Shown here piece by piece: positions 51,212 to 62,404 of a stretch of DNA of 64,000 nt. The position numbers and the translations under genes are program-made. Positions within the stretch are counted from its first letter, which is position 1, and each line of letters begins with the position of its first letter. Under the pieces are notes generated by a model. The model made no database searches, was not told the DNA's origin, and saw only the letters and a program-made list of their open reading frames with translations. The stretch lies in contig JARFYF010000001.1 in assembly GCA_030265395.1 (NCBI GenBank), forward strand, positions 24,591,520 to 24,655,519, read 5' to 3'. This DNA comes from Rhina ancylostomus (taxonomy: Eukaryota).

Positions 51212-51889
51212 ATTAGGGTCATAATGCACACAGTTACGTTAAGTCACATGTGTAACACATCCATTCCAAGTCATAACAAATTCTGTAAGCACTGAAAATC
51301 CAGCTTGAATAGGAAGTGGATTAATTGAGAAAAATAGTTTTGGTGAAGTGAATCAAAGTATTTAGTTCACTCCAACTATAGCACTACCAGAATCAGTCAA
51401 AGCAGTGAGACTCTGGTGATTACGAGGTCATATTCAATCAAGCTGTAGAAGACGTAAGGAATCTTTACTGCCAATAATGCAACACTTATTTTCAAAGACA
51501 GCCAGAGCAAAGGTATTTACATAATCAGATCTTTCTTGTGCATATACATGACATAACATTAAGCAGGATATCCAAGAATGCTTAACTATCAACCCTGACA
51601 AGAGACTTTTGTTCCACCAAATCCCTTGTGGTATTAAATCATCTCTCAAAAATTTCCAAGCAGGTCACAGTTTGTGTAACCTGAACCATGTCTTGAGAGC
51701 TAAACATACCAAAGAGGAGAATCTTCAAATTCTAGCAGAGAAGTTTCAGTTGTTACACAGACAGAATGTGAAATCAAAGAGAAACCAGAGCATTTTTGTT
51801 TAACCTTAAAGTGATTTATCGGGGTCTTAGACTGGAAGCAGATGATATGCTGCCTGTGAAAGAAAAAGTATAAGTGGTTATAAAGATTT

Positions 51890-52270
51890 TAAGACCATAA
51901 GATATAGGAGCAGAATTGGGCCATTTGGCCCATCGAGACTGCTTTCCTATTCAATCACGGACAAACCCCATTCTCCTGCCTTCTCCCCGTAACTCTTAAC
52001 CCCCTTGCCAAACAAGAACCTGTTAATCTCTGCCTTAAATACACCCAGTGATTTGGCCTCCACAGCCCTCTGTGGCAATGAATCCCACAGATTCACCACC
52101 CTCTGGCTGAAGAAATTCCTCCTCATTTCAGTTTTAAAGGGATGTCCTTTTATTCTGAGGCTGGGCCCTCGGATCGTAGACTTCCCTACTAATGGAAACA
52201 CCCTCTCCACGTCCACTCTATCCAGGCCTTTCAGTACCCAGCAGGTTTCAGTGATATTCCCCCATCGTTC
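51890..52270 (-). mobile_element. Young CR1-type LINE 3' end
   Basis: ORF 51947..52216(-) DVERVFPLVGKSTIRGPSLRIKGHPFKTEMRRNFFSQRVVNLWDSLP; tail taagaccataagatataggagcagaatt. Confidence 0.9.
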
Positions 52271-52652
52271 TTTTCAAATACAGGCCCAGAGACATTGAAT
52301 ACTTCTCATGCATTGAGGCTGCTAATGCTGAGAATGTGTTTGAACTGAAGTCATTTTCGGAAATGGGACAATATTTCGCACATTCTTTAACAGATTTGGG
52401 AATCCTTGCCACTTGATGTAGTGAATGATGTACAGTAGTTATGGGGGCAATGAACAACAGGCTGTATATAATACATGAACGGCACAGTTAGGTGAACCTC
52501 TCCTTGTTCACTTTGGCACCTCCTGTGAATTGAGGTTAGTGCACAGTCCTTCACACTGTGGCCTTGGGAGAATCATCAGTCAATGGATGACAGCAAGGAG
52601 AGTCAACACTTTATATATGTGCTCTAATGAAAAGCAATTATGCCTAGAAAGA

Positions 52653-52954
52653 GAAGATATTAAGATATTTATTAGTCACATGTACATTGAAACACACAGT
52701 GAAATGCAGCTCTTTGCGTTACTGAGAATGCGCTGGCGGCAGCCCGCAAGTGTTGCCTCTCTTCCAGCGCCAACATCACATGCCCACAGCTCCTAATCTG
52801 TACGTCTTTTTGGAATGTGGGAGGAAACCGGAGCACCTGGAAGAAACCCACTCAGACATGGAGAATGTACAAACTCCTTACAGACAGCGGCGGGAATTGA
52901 ACCCAGGTTGCTTGCACTGTAATAGCAATACACTAACTGCTACACTACCGTGCC
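52653..52954 (-). mobile_element. Full-length tRNA-derived V-SINE
   Basis: Minus strand: GGCACGGTAGTGTAGCAGTT (A-box-like), GGTTCAATTCC (B box), V-domain GTGGGTTTCTTCCAGGTGCTCCGGTTTCCTCCCACA, tail TTTCACTGTGTGTTTCAATGTACATGTGACTAATAAA. Confidence 0.88.
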
Positions 52955-53920
52955 ACCCCATGAACCTAGACTCTTCCTGCCCAGAGGTGTGGACGTGAGG
53001 CTGTTGCCAGTTGAACTAAACTGGCACTGAGCTTGTGTCTGGAATTTCACAGCAAGTGCAAGTGATGCTTTGCCAGATGTTTGCTGCAGTCGCTTTGTGT
53101 TGAACAAATGATGCAGTGACTTAAAACTCCTACTTGACACATCCCCAGCTGGCCTACTTTCAAGATTTTCACTTAAAGTTTGTTCGCCTTTGTTGGTTAG
53201 GCAGTATGTGGCCAAGTATAATCACAAGTACTTCACTTGACACACAGCAGGGTAGTTCAAGTTTGTTGTCACAGACATACACATGGGATATAAATGCTAT
53301 GAAAATTAGCTTTTTGCAGCACAGTACATTACAAAGTGAGAACAAACATAAATTAACTTAAATTAGCATAAATTGTATGTGAACATGTGTGGGGGAAAAA
53401 ATGCATTATGGCCACTGGACAGCAAACAGAAGGCTTTTCTTCAGCATTGGATGCCAGTCACGTTCTCCCTGTTTTATTGCCCAGTCACTCAGACTCCAGA
53501 GTCACTCGATAAATGGGCATTTGTGTCTGCTTTTTAGGAATAGGTTTCAAAGTTAGTTTTGAATTCTGAAGTAGCTCATGGTTGACTTGGGTGGAAGGGG
53601 AGATTTAAACCCAAACTGCCAGAACAGCTGAAGCTGCTTCAAGAGAGAAATTTAACACTTCCTGATCTATCAGCAGGAATGCAGGTGTGAACAGGGTGGG
53701 GTGTTAGCCTTTCATGAATGTGTTTGCACAAGTTTGTGAATTGCAATGAAGTTGAGTTTCTTTGTAGCTGGAAAAAGCTGCTTTTATTAACACACCTAGC
53801 AGTGATTGAGACAAGAGTTAAGGGATGGAACAAGTTCAAAGCAGGCCACAGTGACTGCATCCGAAGGGATTGTAAGGAAATGAGACTGAGAGTGGGTTGG
53901 AAGACTGGAGCAGAGATAAA

Positions 53921-54530
53921 TTGGTTTATTATTGACACATGTACTGTGGTANNNNNNNNNNNNNNNNNNNNNNNNNNNNNNNNNNNNNNNNNNNNNNNNN
54001 NNNNNNNNNNNNNNNNNNNNNNNNNNNNNNNNNNNNNNNNNNNNNNNNNNNATAGATCCTCTGAGATGTTGATGCCCAGGAACTTGAAGCTGCTCACCCT
54101 TTCCACCACTGACCCCTCAATGAAGACTAGTGTGTGTTCTCCCAACTTCCCCTTCCTGAAGTCCACAATCAATTCCTTGTTCTTGCTGACGTTGAATGTG
54201 AGGTTGTTGTTGTGACACTACTCAACCAGCCAACCTATCTCACTCCTGTAATCTTTCGCATTGCCATCTGAAATTCTGCCAACAACAGTAGTGTCATCGG
54301 CAAATTTATAGTTGGAATTTGAGCTGTGCCTTTCCACACAGCCATGAGTGTAGAGAGAGTAGAGCAGTGGGCTAAGCACGTATCCTTCAGGTGTGCCTGT
54401 GTTGATTGTCAGCGAGGAGGAGATGCTACTACTAATCCACACTGACTCTGGTCTCCTGATAAGGAAGTCAAGGGTCCAGTTGCAGGGGGAGGTGCAGAGG
54501 CCCAGGTTTTGAAGCTTGTTGATTAATACT
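53921..54530 (-). mobile_element. Rex1/Babar-type LINE (3' tail, gap, RT core)
   Basis: ORF 54218..54442(-) [31 protein letters not shown]; IVDFRK...FKFLGINISEDL; tail ggtttattattgacacatgtactg. Confidence 0.88.
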
Positions 54531-54534
54531 CAAC

Positions 54535-54705
54535 AAGTCAGACAGTATATAGGGAGAGAGTAAAAGAGTTAAAGTTTCAGAACAATGACCCAGAATCTAT
54601 CATCAACCTGAAAAATTTACACTGTTTCTTTCTCCACTGATGCTGCCTGAGCTGCTTTTTCCAGCTTTATATTGTTTTTATTTAATATTTTGAGCACCTG
54701 CATCT
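54535..54705. mobile_element. Older palindromic Penelope-like remnant
   Basis: gagagagtaaaagagttaaagtttcag versus cctgaaaaatttacactgtttctttctccactgatgctgcctga. Confidence 0.5.
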
Positions 54706-56238
54706 ATGTTGGACATAACATGTCCATATGATATCAATGCTTGTGACAAACAGCTAACAATTTCCTGAATAATTATTTATTTTACCTTGCTCTAGTTGTA
54801 AATAGTTACTGAATCCAAAAGGACTTCAAAGCTGTTTTAATTTGTTTCATTATTTTAATTTAGTTTTTTAGATACCCACTTGCAAACTTCTCTTCCTTCT
54901 GCATCATCTTTTGAAAATGTTGGCATTTAATGTTGTTTCTATCTCTGGTACTAAACCTGTAACACTAATGGCATACACAGAAGTTGAAATTCAGCCACAT
55001 TTGGAGAGGAACTTTTTGCATACACACATTAAATATACAAGGCATTTCATCCCCTACCTCCACTACTCCCCAAATGCAGCCCTGCTTCAAGGTAGCAACT
55101 AAGTCTTTTTGCTTTGCTTCTGAAATTCGATCCCATAGATTCAATGGAACTGAAATTTAGTCACAGATTTCAACATGGAGCTGCTTTTATATTGCATGTT
55201 TGAGCCATAGTGACATAGGAGAAGCTCTATTATCATATGAAATGGGAAAAATTCCACAGATCCAGGCATTGTGAATGGCAGTACTCCAGAACACTTCAGA
55301 AGTCCCACTTTTTATATGAAAGCCTCAGCAGTAACTATGTGGTAAATAACAGCCAACCTCTTCCACTACTTTGTGTTTAAGCAGACACACACTCTGAAAT
55401 AGAGCACGTAATGATGATCAGGTAATGGAATCCTTGCTATATTTTTGTTTTCTCTGACTTGTGACTCTGAGGCCAGTTGCAACAACTTGCAGAAAAATAT
55501 AATTATTTAAACAAATATCCATGACATTTAAATAAACATAATCTGAATATACACTAACCATATCTTCATGCAATAATAACATGAAATGTGGTTGATATAA
55601 GCTCCAAAGTGATTTTCTACTGAGGCTAATTAATGTCTTGCTGCTGTATCAGGGGTCTTCAATTAAGTAGGTTTATTAGACTGAGCAAAGCTTCTGCTTG
55701 TGACATCATCATCTTTGTTCTTAAAATAAACGTGCAATTGTAAAAAAATGTCAATAGACCTACATTACCAGTAAAATTCAGCATTTTAATACCACTTATA
55801 TTCTGTAACTCTGCAGATGCACAGTGGGGTTTAAAAGTGATCGATGTGACCAGAAAATTAACCTTTGTGATTACTACTGCCAAAATGGAGGGGTTTGCAC
55901 TTTAACTGCACTTAATGAGCCTCAGTGCAAGTAGGTTTTGACCTTATGCCAAAAATTGTTCTTTGCTGTAAAATGTTGAATTCCAGCAGAATCGTTGTGC
56001 TTTTGTAGCATGTTTGAATAGCATTGTTAAATATTTGCTTTTATGCATGGCATGTTGATGGGCCTACATCAGATTTAATCATCTCCTCAAAGCATACCTT
56101 TTTTTTTGAACCAGTTTGCCTTTGGATCCTTAATGCATGTTGCTAAGTGCCATCTACTCTTGCTGATATCTGCTAGTTCTCTCTCTTGGGGGTTGTCAAG
56201 ATAATATTAATTTTACTTTATTAATTGGTTCATTTCAG

Positions 56239-56315
56239 GTGTTCAGATGAATGGTCTGGTACACAATGTGAAAGACCGGCTCCTAAGAGCAGCAAAACTG
56301 AGAATACCAGAGGGA
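56239..56315 (+). CDS. LRP1B: Exon K (77 nt): [25 protein letters not shown]
   Basis: Acceptor ttcatttcag|G, donor GGA|gtgagt; [15 protein letters not shown] is LRP1B-type; phase 2 to 1. Confidence 0.94.
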
Positions 56316-58299
56316 GTGAGTATTTTAAATGCATGCATTGCTGTTGTTGAAGGTAACAGGTTTTTGTACTATGATACATTGGTTTCCATATCAACTTGAG
56401 GGCACCTTTCAGGATAAATAGATTATTGCCTTTTATGAAGATTTTAGAATGTTGAAGCAACTTACAAATGTTTCTCCTTCATGTGACAGAGCTAAATCAA
56501 TAGGTTTACAATTTGGCAATTCTGTCTGGTAGCCTTGAGCTCAATCTGATTGTGTTTATTTCTACATTTAGTGACAAGGCAATAAACTAATGTGGAAATC
56601 TGAACTGCACTAATTGATTTGTAATTCTCTGATTAATTCTTATTGATTGTTACAACTAGACCTGAACAGGGGCTCAGAAGAATGCAATTGCCATTGTAAG
56701 TCAGTCAGCTCCAAGGTATTTTGCTGTAGAAGTCCTGTATTGAAAATGTGTGGAAATATCATGTATTAGGCTTTTTGACATGTGTTTTGAGAGAGTAATA
56801 TGAAGACCCCCAGCAGCAATGTTGAATATCAGCTTGCACTTGGATTGCTTTTGAACTCCCATTCAGCACCAATAGGTCTTTTTAAAAAAGATTTTTCATT
56901 TTGTTTTAAATTATTTGTTTAGGATGACCTTAATCTAAAAATGATGCAGATGAGGATCAGTTGAGATATCAAATTAATTTAATTTTGACAAATGCCACTT
57001 GGTAAAAAGTAGACAATAGTGAATGTACACTTGTTTAAACTCAATTGAATTTTCTTTCCCACATGACAATAGAAGAGAAAATTTTACATGATATAAATAA
57101 GTGGCTGAACCATTATTTGGCTAGTGATAAAGATGAATATTATCCTAATAAGTCTATTATGTTCATCATGTTACCCTGCGTTAACAGAGAGTAGACATCA
57201 AACCAAAAGTTTTTACTAATATGCAATGGTAAGATACTCATAATGTAAGGTAACAGAAGTAAATTTGGTAATCAAGGAGACTGCCTTGTGCTTGAATTTG
57301 AATGAAATGGCTTCAAGGTCAAGAATGGCATAGCTGGCCCATCAATGGGGTCCCTTATCAAGTGTAACATCCAACTCAAATGAAATTGCCAGAAAGATCT
57401 TTGTTTTCAACTTTATCTTGCAGATTATTTCAAGTATTTAATGCTTGGAGTGAAGAAATGTTTTGTAATATTTGTTTGTGATCTCAAAGGGCCCAGTCAA
57501 TAGTGTATTTATTTTAGTTTCAGCTTGTAGATGCTGTTAAGGTGTTATCAACCTCAGTGAAGTTTCTTCATACCCATTTTCTCATTTGTATATCTAACTT
57601 AAGCCTCTCCAGTTTTTGAACTAAATCTTCAGAACAACAAAGGTATGTGTTTTATTTTGGACTAACAATCAGTCACACCATTACATAGTGCTTACACATC
57701 ATGACATCATCATGTTCAATACTCAGATGTATTATTTACATGCATGCACCAGCATTGAGGTCTGAAGCTGGCCATTCAGGTCTACCAATATCAGTAGAGT
57801 GACCTTTTGAATAACAAGAAATGCAGAAACCTTGTACTTTTCGTTCCAAGTTGTACTGAGACTGTTTCACAATTATCACAGGTTGCGCCTTTGAGTTCCA
57901 ATTTCTGTCAGTGCAAGTGGAAATGGGTTTGTACATTTGATGACTTCATTAGGTGCAAGTCTGACACTGAGAAATACCCAGACCTGCCAGCAAGAATCAT
58001 AATCTGAAGTGCCCATCTGTTTTCCAATATATGGAATTTCATCTGGAAGTGATTGCTATCATGATCTGCTCTGAAAAAAATCTGATTTTTTTTGTGTGAT
58101 TACTGTCTAAGCAAAAAAGGTTGCTTACCAATCCATTTTCTTCACATGTATCTCATATTATATAATAATGTCAACAATGACAATGATTTTAAGACCAATG
58201 GCTAGCCTAATGTGTATTTACTCAGTTTGGCCAAGTGTTTTGAGCACTTACCATTATATCTGGTAGATTGTATTATATATTTCTTTTCCTCTTTGACAG

Positions 58300-58390
58300 G
58301 AAACATTACTTTTATTATCCCAGTTGTTATCTTAGCCATTTTGATTCTTGCAATCATTGTTGGAATAATCATCTGCAAAAGAAGACAACG
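58300..58390 (+). CDS. LRP1B: Exon L (91 nt): transmembrane helix RNITFIIPVVILAILILAIIVGIIICKRRQR
   Basis: Acceptor ctctttgacag|GA, donor ACG|gtcagt; hydrophobic run followed by basic stop-transfer KRRQR. Confidence 0.95.
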
Positions 58391-58936
58391 GTCAGTGATT
58401 TTAACACTAATCTAGCCATAAAATAATAATGTGTAATAAACGGTTTCATTGCTTGCCTTTAGCATCTGAAGCAAAATTTGTTTGCACTGTTTCAGTCAAC
58501 TTCCTGCATGATAGAATGTGTTCTTAGTGCATCATATTGTGGCACTAAACTGATGATATTATCAAAGAGATCAAAAATCTAGATCCAGGAAATGGAAAAA
58601 CTGTCACATTGGTGAAGTAAATTGTAATCAGCTGAGGTTGGTGTGAAGATATATTTTTGAGACATAATTGAAGTATTGTTAGCCTGCAGCTAATCCAGTC
58701 TGGCAGTGGTTGCTCTCAGAAGTAGTCCATTCATCAGCACTAATGTCCCTCAGAATAATCTGTACAAAATTTGTTGTCAATAGATACTCCAACTCCAATA
58801 TATTGTTAAAGCAGACAGGTATCAACCTGTTATTTCTGTATTTTGTCCATTTAACCAATGAGCAAGGTTCATTTGAACTTCTGTTAAGATTTAAAAGTAT
58901 TTTCATACGCTTTTCTGTTTTGGAATATTCTTCTAG

Positions 58937-59084
58937 TGTGAAAACAGTTCGGAGGCATCCACTGTCGAATGGAGGCATGAATGTGGAAATTGGAAATCCA
59001 ACATATAACATGTATGAAGTTGACCGTAGTCATGAAAATGCTGAAGGCTTGTTAGATCCAGATTTTACATTAGATCCAGAAAAG
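58937..59084 (+). CDS. LRP1B: Exon M (148 nt): cytoplasmic tail with first NPx[50 protein letters not shown]
   Basis: Acceptor ttcttctag|T, donor AAG|gtaagt; NPTY at 58995-59006; phase 2 to 0. Confidence 0.96.
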
Positions 59085-59454
59085 GTAAGTATTTTCATGA
59101 ATTGAGAAATTATTTTCCAAGTAAGGAAGTTTGTTCATTTTACTTCTCTGCAAAGTTTATTGGAAAAAGAACAAAATATATCAATATGGCCAAAAGTCAT
59201 CATTGATTTAATCAAAGTGTTTCTCCATAAGCTGATAGTCAATAAAAGAATTAATGGCCTCAGCTGATTGTTCAACTAAAATAGAGATCATGTACAGAAA
59301 TGTATATCTGCCAAAGCAAACTTATTTTCTTTTTTGGTACAATAGTTTTATTTCCAAACTATGCCTGAGATTTTGGCCTCTCATTCAAAGATGGGTCTCC
59401 TTTCATGCACATCCTTATCCCAATCTATCTCAGCCCACTCCTCAGCTGCAAGGA

Positions 59455-59885
59455 CACATCAGGCCTGTGAGCCCAACATCAATGATTGGAAAGTTACTGG
59501 AGAGGATGCTGAGAGACTGAATCTATCTGCACTTGGAAAAGCAAGGACTGATTTAAGGATAGTCAGCAAGGCTTTATGCCTGGGAAATCATGTCTCATGA
59601 GTTTTAGAACATAGAACAGCACAGCTCTGGACAAGCCATTTGGCCCATGATGTTGTGCCAATCTTGATGCCATTTTTCCTAAATGTCCTCCTGTGCATCA
59701 TCCATATCCCTCCATTTCCTTCATATTCATGTGTCTATCTAAAAGTCTCTTAAAATCCATCAAACTGCCTGCTTCCACCACTACCCCTACTAACCTATTC
59801 CAGGAGCCTATCACTCTCTGTTTTTTTAAAAAAATAACTTGCCCCTTAAGTCGCCTTTAAACTTCCCCCCTCTAACATTAAATTC
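59455..59885. mobile_element. Two abutting CR1 fragments: + strand RT N-terminus (59455-59603) and - strand 3' end (59604-59885)
   Basis: RPVSPTSMIGKLLERMLRD..DSQQGF..GKSCL followed by tagaacatagaacagcacag... Confidence 0.75.
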
Positions 59886-60834
59886 AGAGGAAATAATTGC
59901 AAAAATGGAAGGGTTTCTTCACTTGCCCATCAAAGCTCTTGAGCATATGGAAAAAGTCATCTTTTGATTCTATGGGAGTAAAATTATTCTTTGCCAGCAG
60001 CACAAACCAGTCTCACAGTGAACCAACAGCTTCACTAAGAGCCCACTGGATTTTCTTTATCATTGACTGAGATTTCTAACTTTAAAAATGAATTGGTAAA
60101 GTTTATACTGGTCTTGCAAATATTATCAAAGAGCTCCTCCAAATTCTGTTAATCCATTAGAGCTTGGAACAATGCTAAATACTTTCTTAATGGCAAGGCC
60201 ACTTTTGCATTTATGGAGAATGCAACATCATCTACCCACTGATAAGACCAAACATAAGTATATTATTCATGTTTGCCATGAATCTAAATGTCATCATTTG
60301 CTTGAAGTCTGCTTAAAACAAAAAGGTCAGCAATTCCATTCAGTAGACATTCCTCCAGAATGAATGCTGCAGCTTTTAACTTGGAATAATTTGGCTTCTC
60401 TGTTGTTGAGAATAACTTTAATTTATCTTTGTTGTTACCTTAACTTGTATTATTTTGCATTGTGTGCATTTTATAAGCTGAAGTTAGTTTCAGCACTGGT
60501 AATCACAGTCGAAGCATTTAATGAGTTTGAATGTGACAGAGGGTAGAGATACTAAAATCCCATGAAAGATTGATGAAAATGCAGACATATAAGCACAATA
60601 TTAAATTGATTCTAAAACCATCATGTCATAGGCCTCATGCTGCTTTTGCTTCAGGCATCTATATTTCAATTTTAATGAATAACAGATACAATATCCTTTT
60701 GTACCAAGAACAAATGCTAATTTAATATTATCCTGTGAGTTTTGTACATCCAAATTCTCATTTGCAGTGGTCTAAGGATCTAGTGATATTTAAAATTCAA
60801 TAATGTGACCTATTGTCCTTTCTTTATTTGACAG

Positions 60835-60975
60835 CCAACAAATTACTCAAATCCTGTTTATGCAAAACTCTACTTGGACGCATCAAACTGCCGGAATTCC
60901 TTAGTCAGCACAGAGGAAAAGAAAGAGCTGCTTCCAAAGAAATTAGAAGATGGCCTGAGGGAGACAGTTGCTTAG
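60835..60975 (+). CDS. LRP1B: Terminal coding exon (141 nt including stop): [46 protein letters not shown]
   Basis: Acceptor tttatttgacag|CC; NPVY and overlapping YAKL (YxxL) at 60850-60870; TAG at 60973-60975. Confidence 0.96.
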   Translation, partial: PTNYSNPVYAKLYLDASNCRNSLVSTEEKKELLPKKLEDGLRETVA

Positions 60976-61930
60976 ATTACCCTTTAGTCTTGTATCTTTT
61001 TTAACCACTGTATAAATGTATAAAGAAAGGATTAATTTTTCTATGTAATGACAGTGTTCTGATTATATTTTTTGCATCAGCACTACCTGTGTTTTTGCGC
61101 TGAGGATTCTCGACTGACCTTCTGTCCAATGTTTCTGTTTAATGGACTGGGAAAGCCACCTGCACTAAACCACATAAAACAAAGCTGCTGATTGCACCTC
61201 CCATTGTATTTGATCCTGTACTTGGAAAAAAAACACACAAGCCAATTTTTTTTTTAGTTTTATACCAGTTCAGTGGTTTTCTTTGGTAGAAGTAAGGCAC
61301 ATTTGACAATCTCTGCTGCAAGATTTTCAGATGAATAGATCCATTGAGTACTTTTAACAATTATAAATAAGCACCTTTTAATTCCCTGTTGGTTTTCATA
61401 TTATTCATGTGATCCTTGGGAAAAATCTCCTCATTTAAGCAGTTTTAGAAGTTATTTCTTCAAAATGTATGGGGATAACTGGCAAATTGAAGGCTTAAAT
61501 CAAACTCATCCAAATTTCAAGGTCTGACTGAACTGCTGGTTTAGTTCTTATTTAGCTTTTCATTGTCTTTATGTTAATATAATATTCTATATAGTCTATG
61601 CTTCGTGAGTTGCAATTTTACTTTGTTTTGTGTAAGCAATAAGGAGGTTTGGATATATTTCTATGATAACTGGCTTGGTTTGAGAAATTTAAATTTTGCA
61701 CTTGCTAATTAAGCATTTAATTTTCTTGTATGAAGTCAGATTATTAGGATATGAACTTGTTAACATATATCATGGCCCAAAAGTTCCTTCAAGTGGTGAT
61801 CAAATGATGCCCACTGTTACTTAAACTCTTTCCTTCCCATTCAGTGATGACAGTAATTCATTCAGGAAGTGCAAGTTGGAAAGAGTGTGAAGCCTTAATA
61901 AATGCTCTGGGTTCTGAGTGAATAAGGCAA
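60976..61930 (+). other. Putative 3' UTR; first AATAAA at 61897-61902 (alternatives ATTAAA 62108, AATAAA 63058)
   Basis: Repeat-poor, T-rich sequence after the stop codon. The 3' end is inferred only from hexamers. Confidence 0.45.
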
Positions 61931-62297
61931 TAGGTTGTATCTCCTTTAAAAATATCAAGTGAAAGCATGGTAAAACTAACAGAAACAAGACTGACAAAGA
62001 TATTTGCCTCAACAGTTATCCCAGGTCGGTAGCACTTCATGTATTTTTGAAGGCTAGTGCATTCACTCAGCCTCTGAAATTCATTTCATTGAAGTCGGCA
62101 GAAAGTAATTAAAACTTATTCCATTATTGAAGCCATACTTACAATTGAAATTATTGGATTTAATCTTCTCTACTGAGTTTCCTCCATATCCCTGAAACTA
62201 CAGGGCTGTCACAAAAGTGTATTTGAAAGCAGAGCTATACAGCAAGATACCCTTTAGAAAACTAACCTCAGTGCAGTACATTCCCAGCAGCAATTTC

Positions 62298-62400
62298 TGG
62301 AGTCACAAGAGACTGCAGATGCTGGAATCAGGAGGAAAAAACAAACTACTGGAGAACTCAGCAGGTCAAGCAACATATGTGGGGGGGTCAGAATTGGTGA
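62298..62400 (-). mobile_element. Penelope-like terminal arm
   Basis: ggagtcacaagagactgcagatgctggaatc...ctggagaactcagcaggtcaagcaacat. Confidence 0.65.
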
Positions 62401-62404
62401 TGTT

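Larger units (their letters stand above)
4023..60975 (+). other. LRP1B: 3' part of an LRP1B-type gene (14 coding exons, about the last 14 exons of LRP1); 5' part lies upstream of the window
   Basis: The spliced translation is open from [10 protein letters not shown]... to ...[12 protein letters not shown]. All introns are GT-AG with matching phases. C-terminal signatures [38 protein letters not shown] and KELLPKK..RETVA match LRP1B as I recall it rather than LRP1 (...EIGDPLA). Confidence 0.88.

Noticed and set aside
52880-52954. tRNA gene (A and B boxes present)
   Set aside because: It continues directly into a V-domain and LINE-like tail, so it is a SINE head; I could not form a convincing cloverleaf.
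53639-54215. 165-177 aa ORFs on both strands
   Set aside because: They span a 100-N gap and a Rex1/Babar fragment.
4023-60975. Calling the gene LRP1 or LRP2
   Set aside because: The juxtamembrane and tail signatures ([33 protein letters not shown]) are LRP1B-type. LRP2 has a different tail and lacks this run of membrane-proximal EGF repeats.
1665-62400. Recurrent gatgctgg/ctcagcaggtca motifs as a CRISPR-like or novel repeat array
   Set aside because: They are dispersed, not regularly spaced, in vertebrate DNA, and are explained as Penelope termini.
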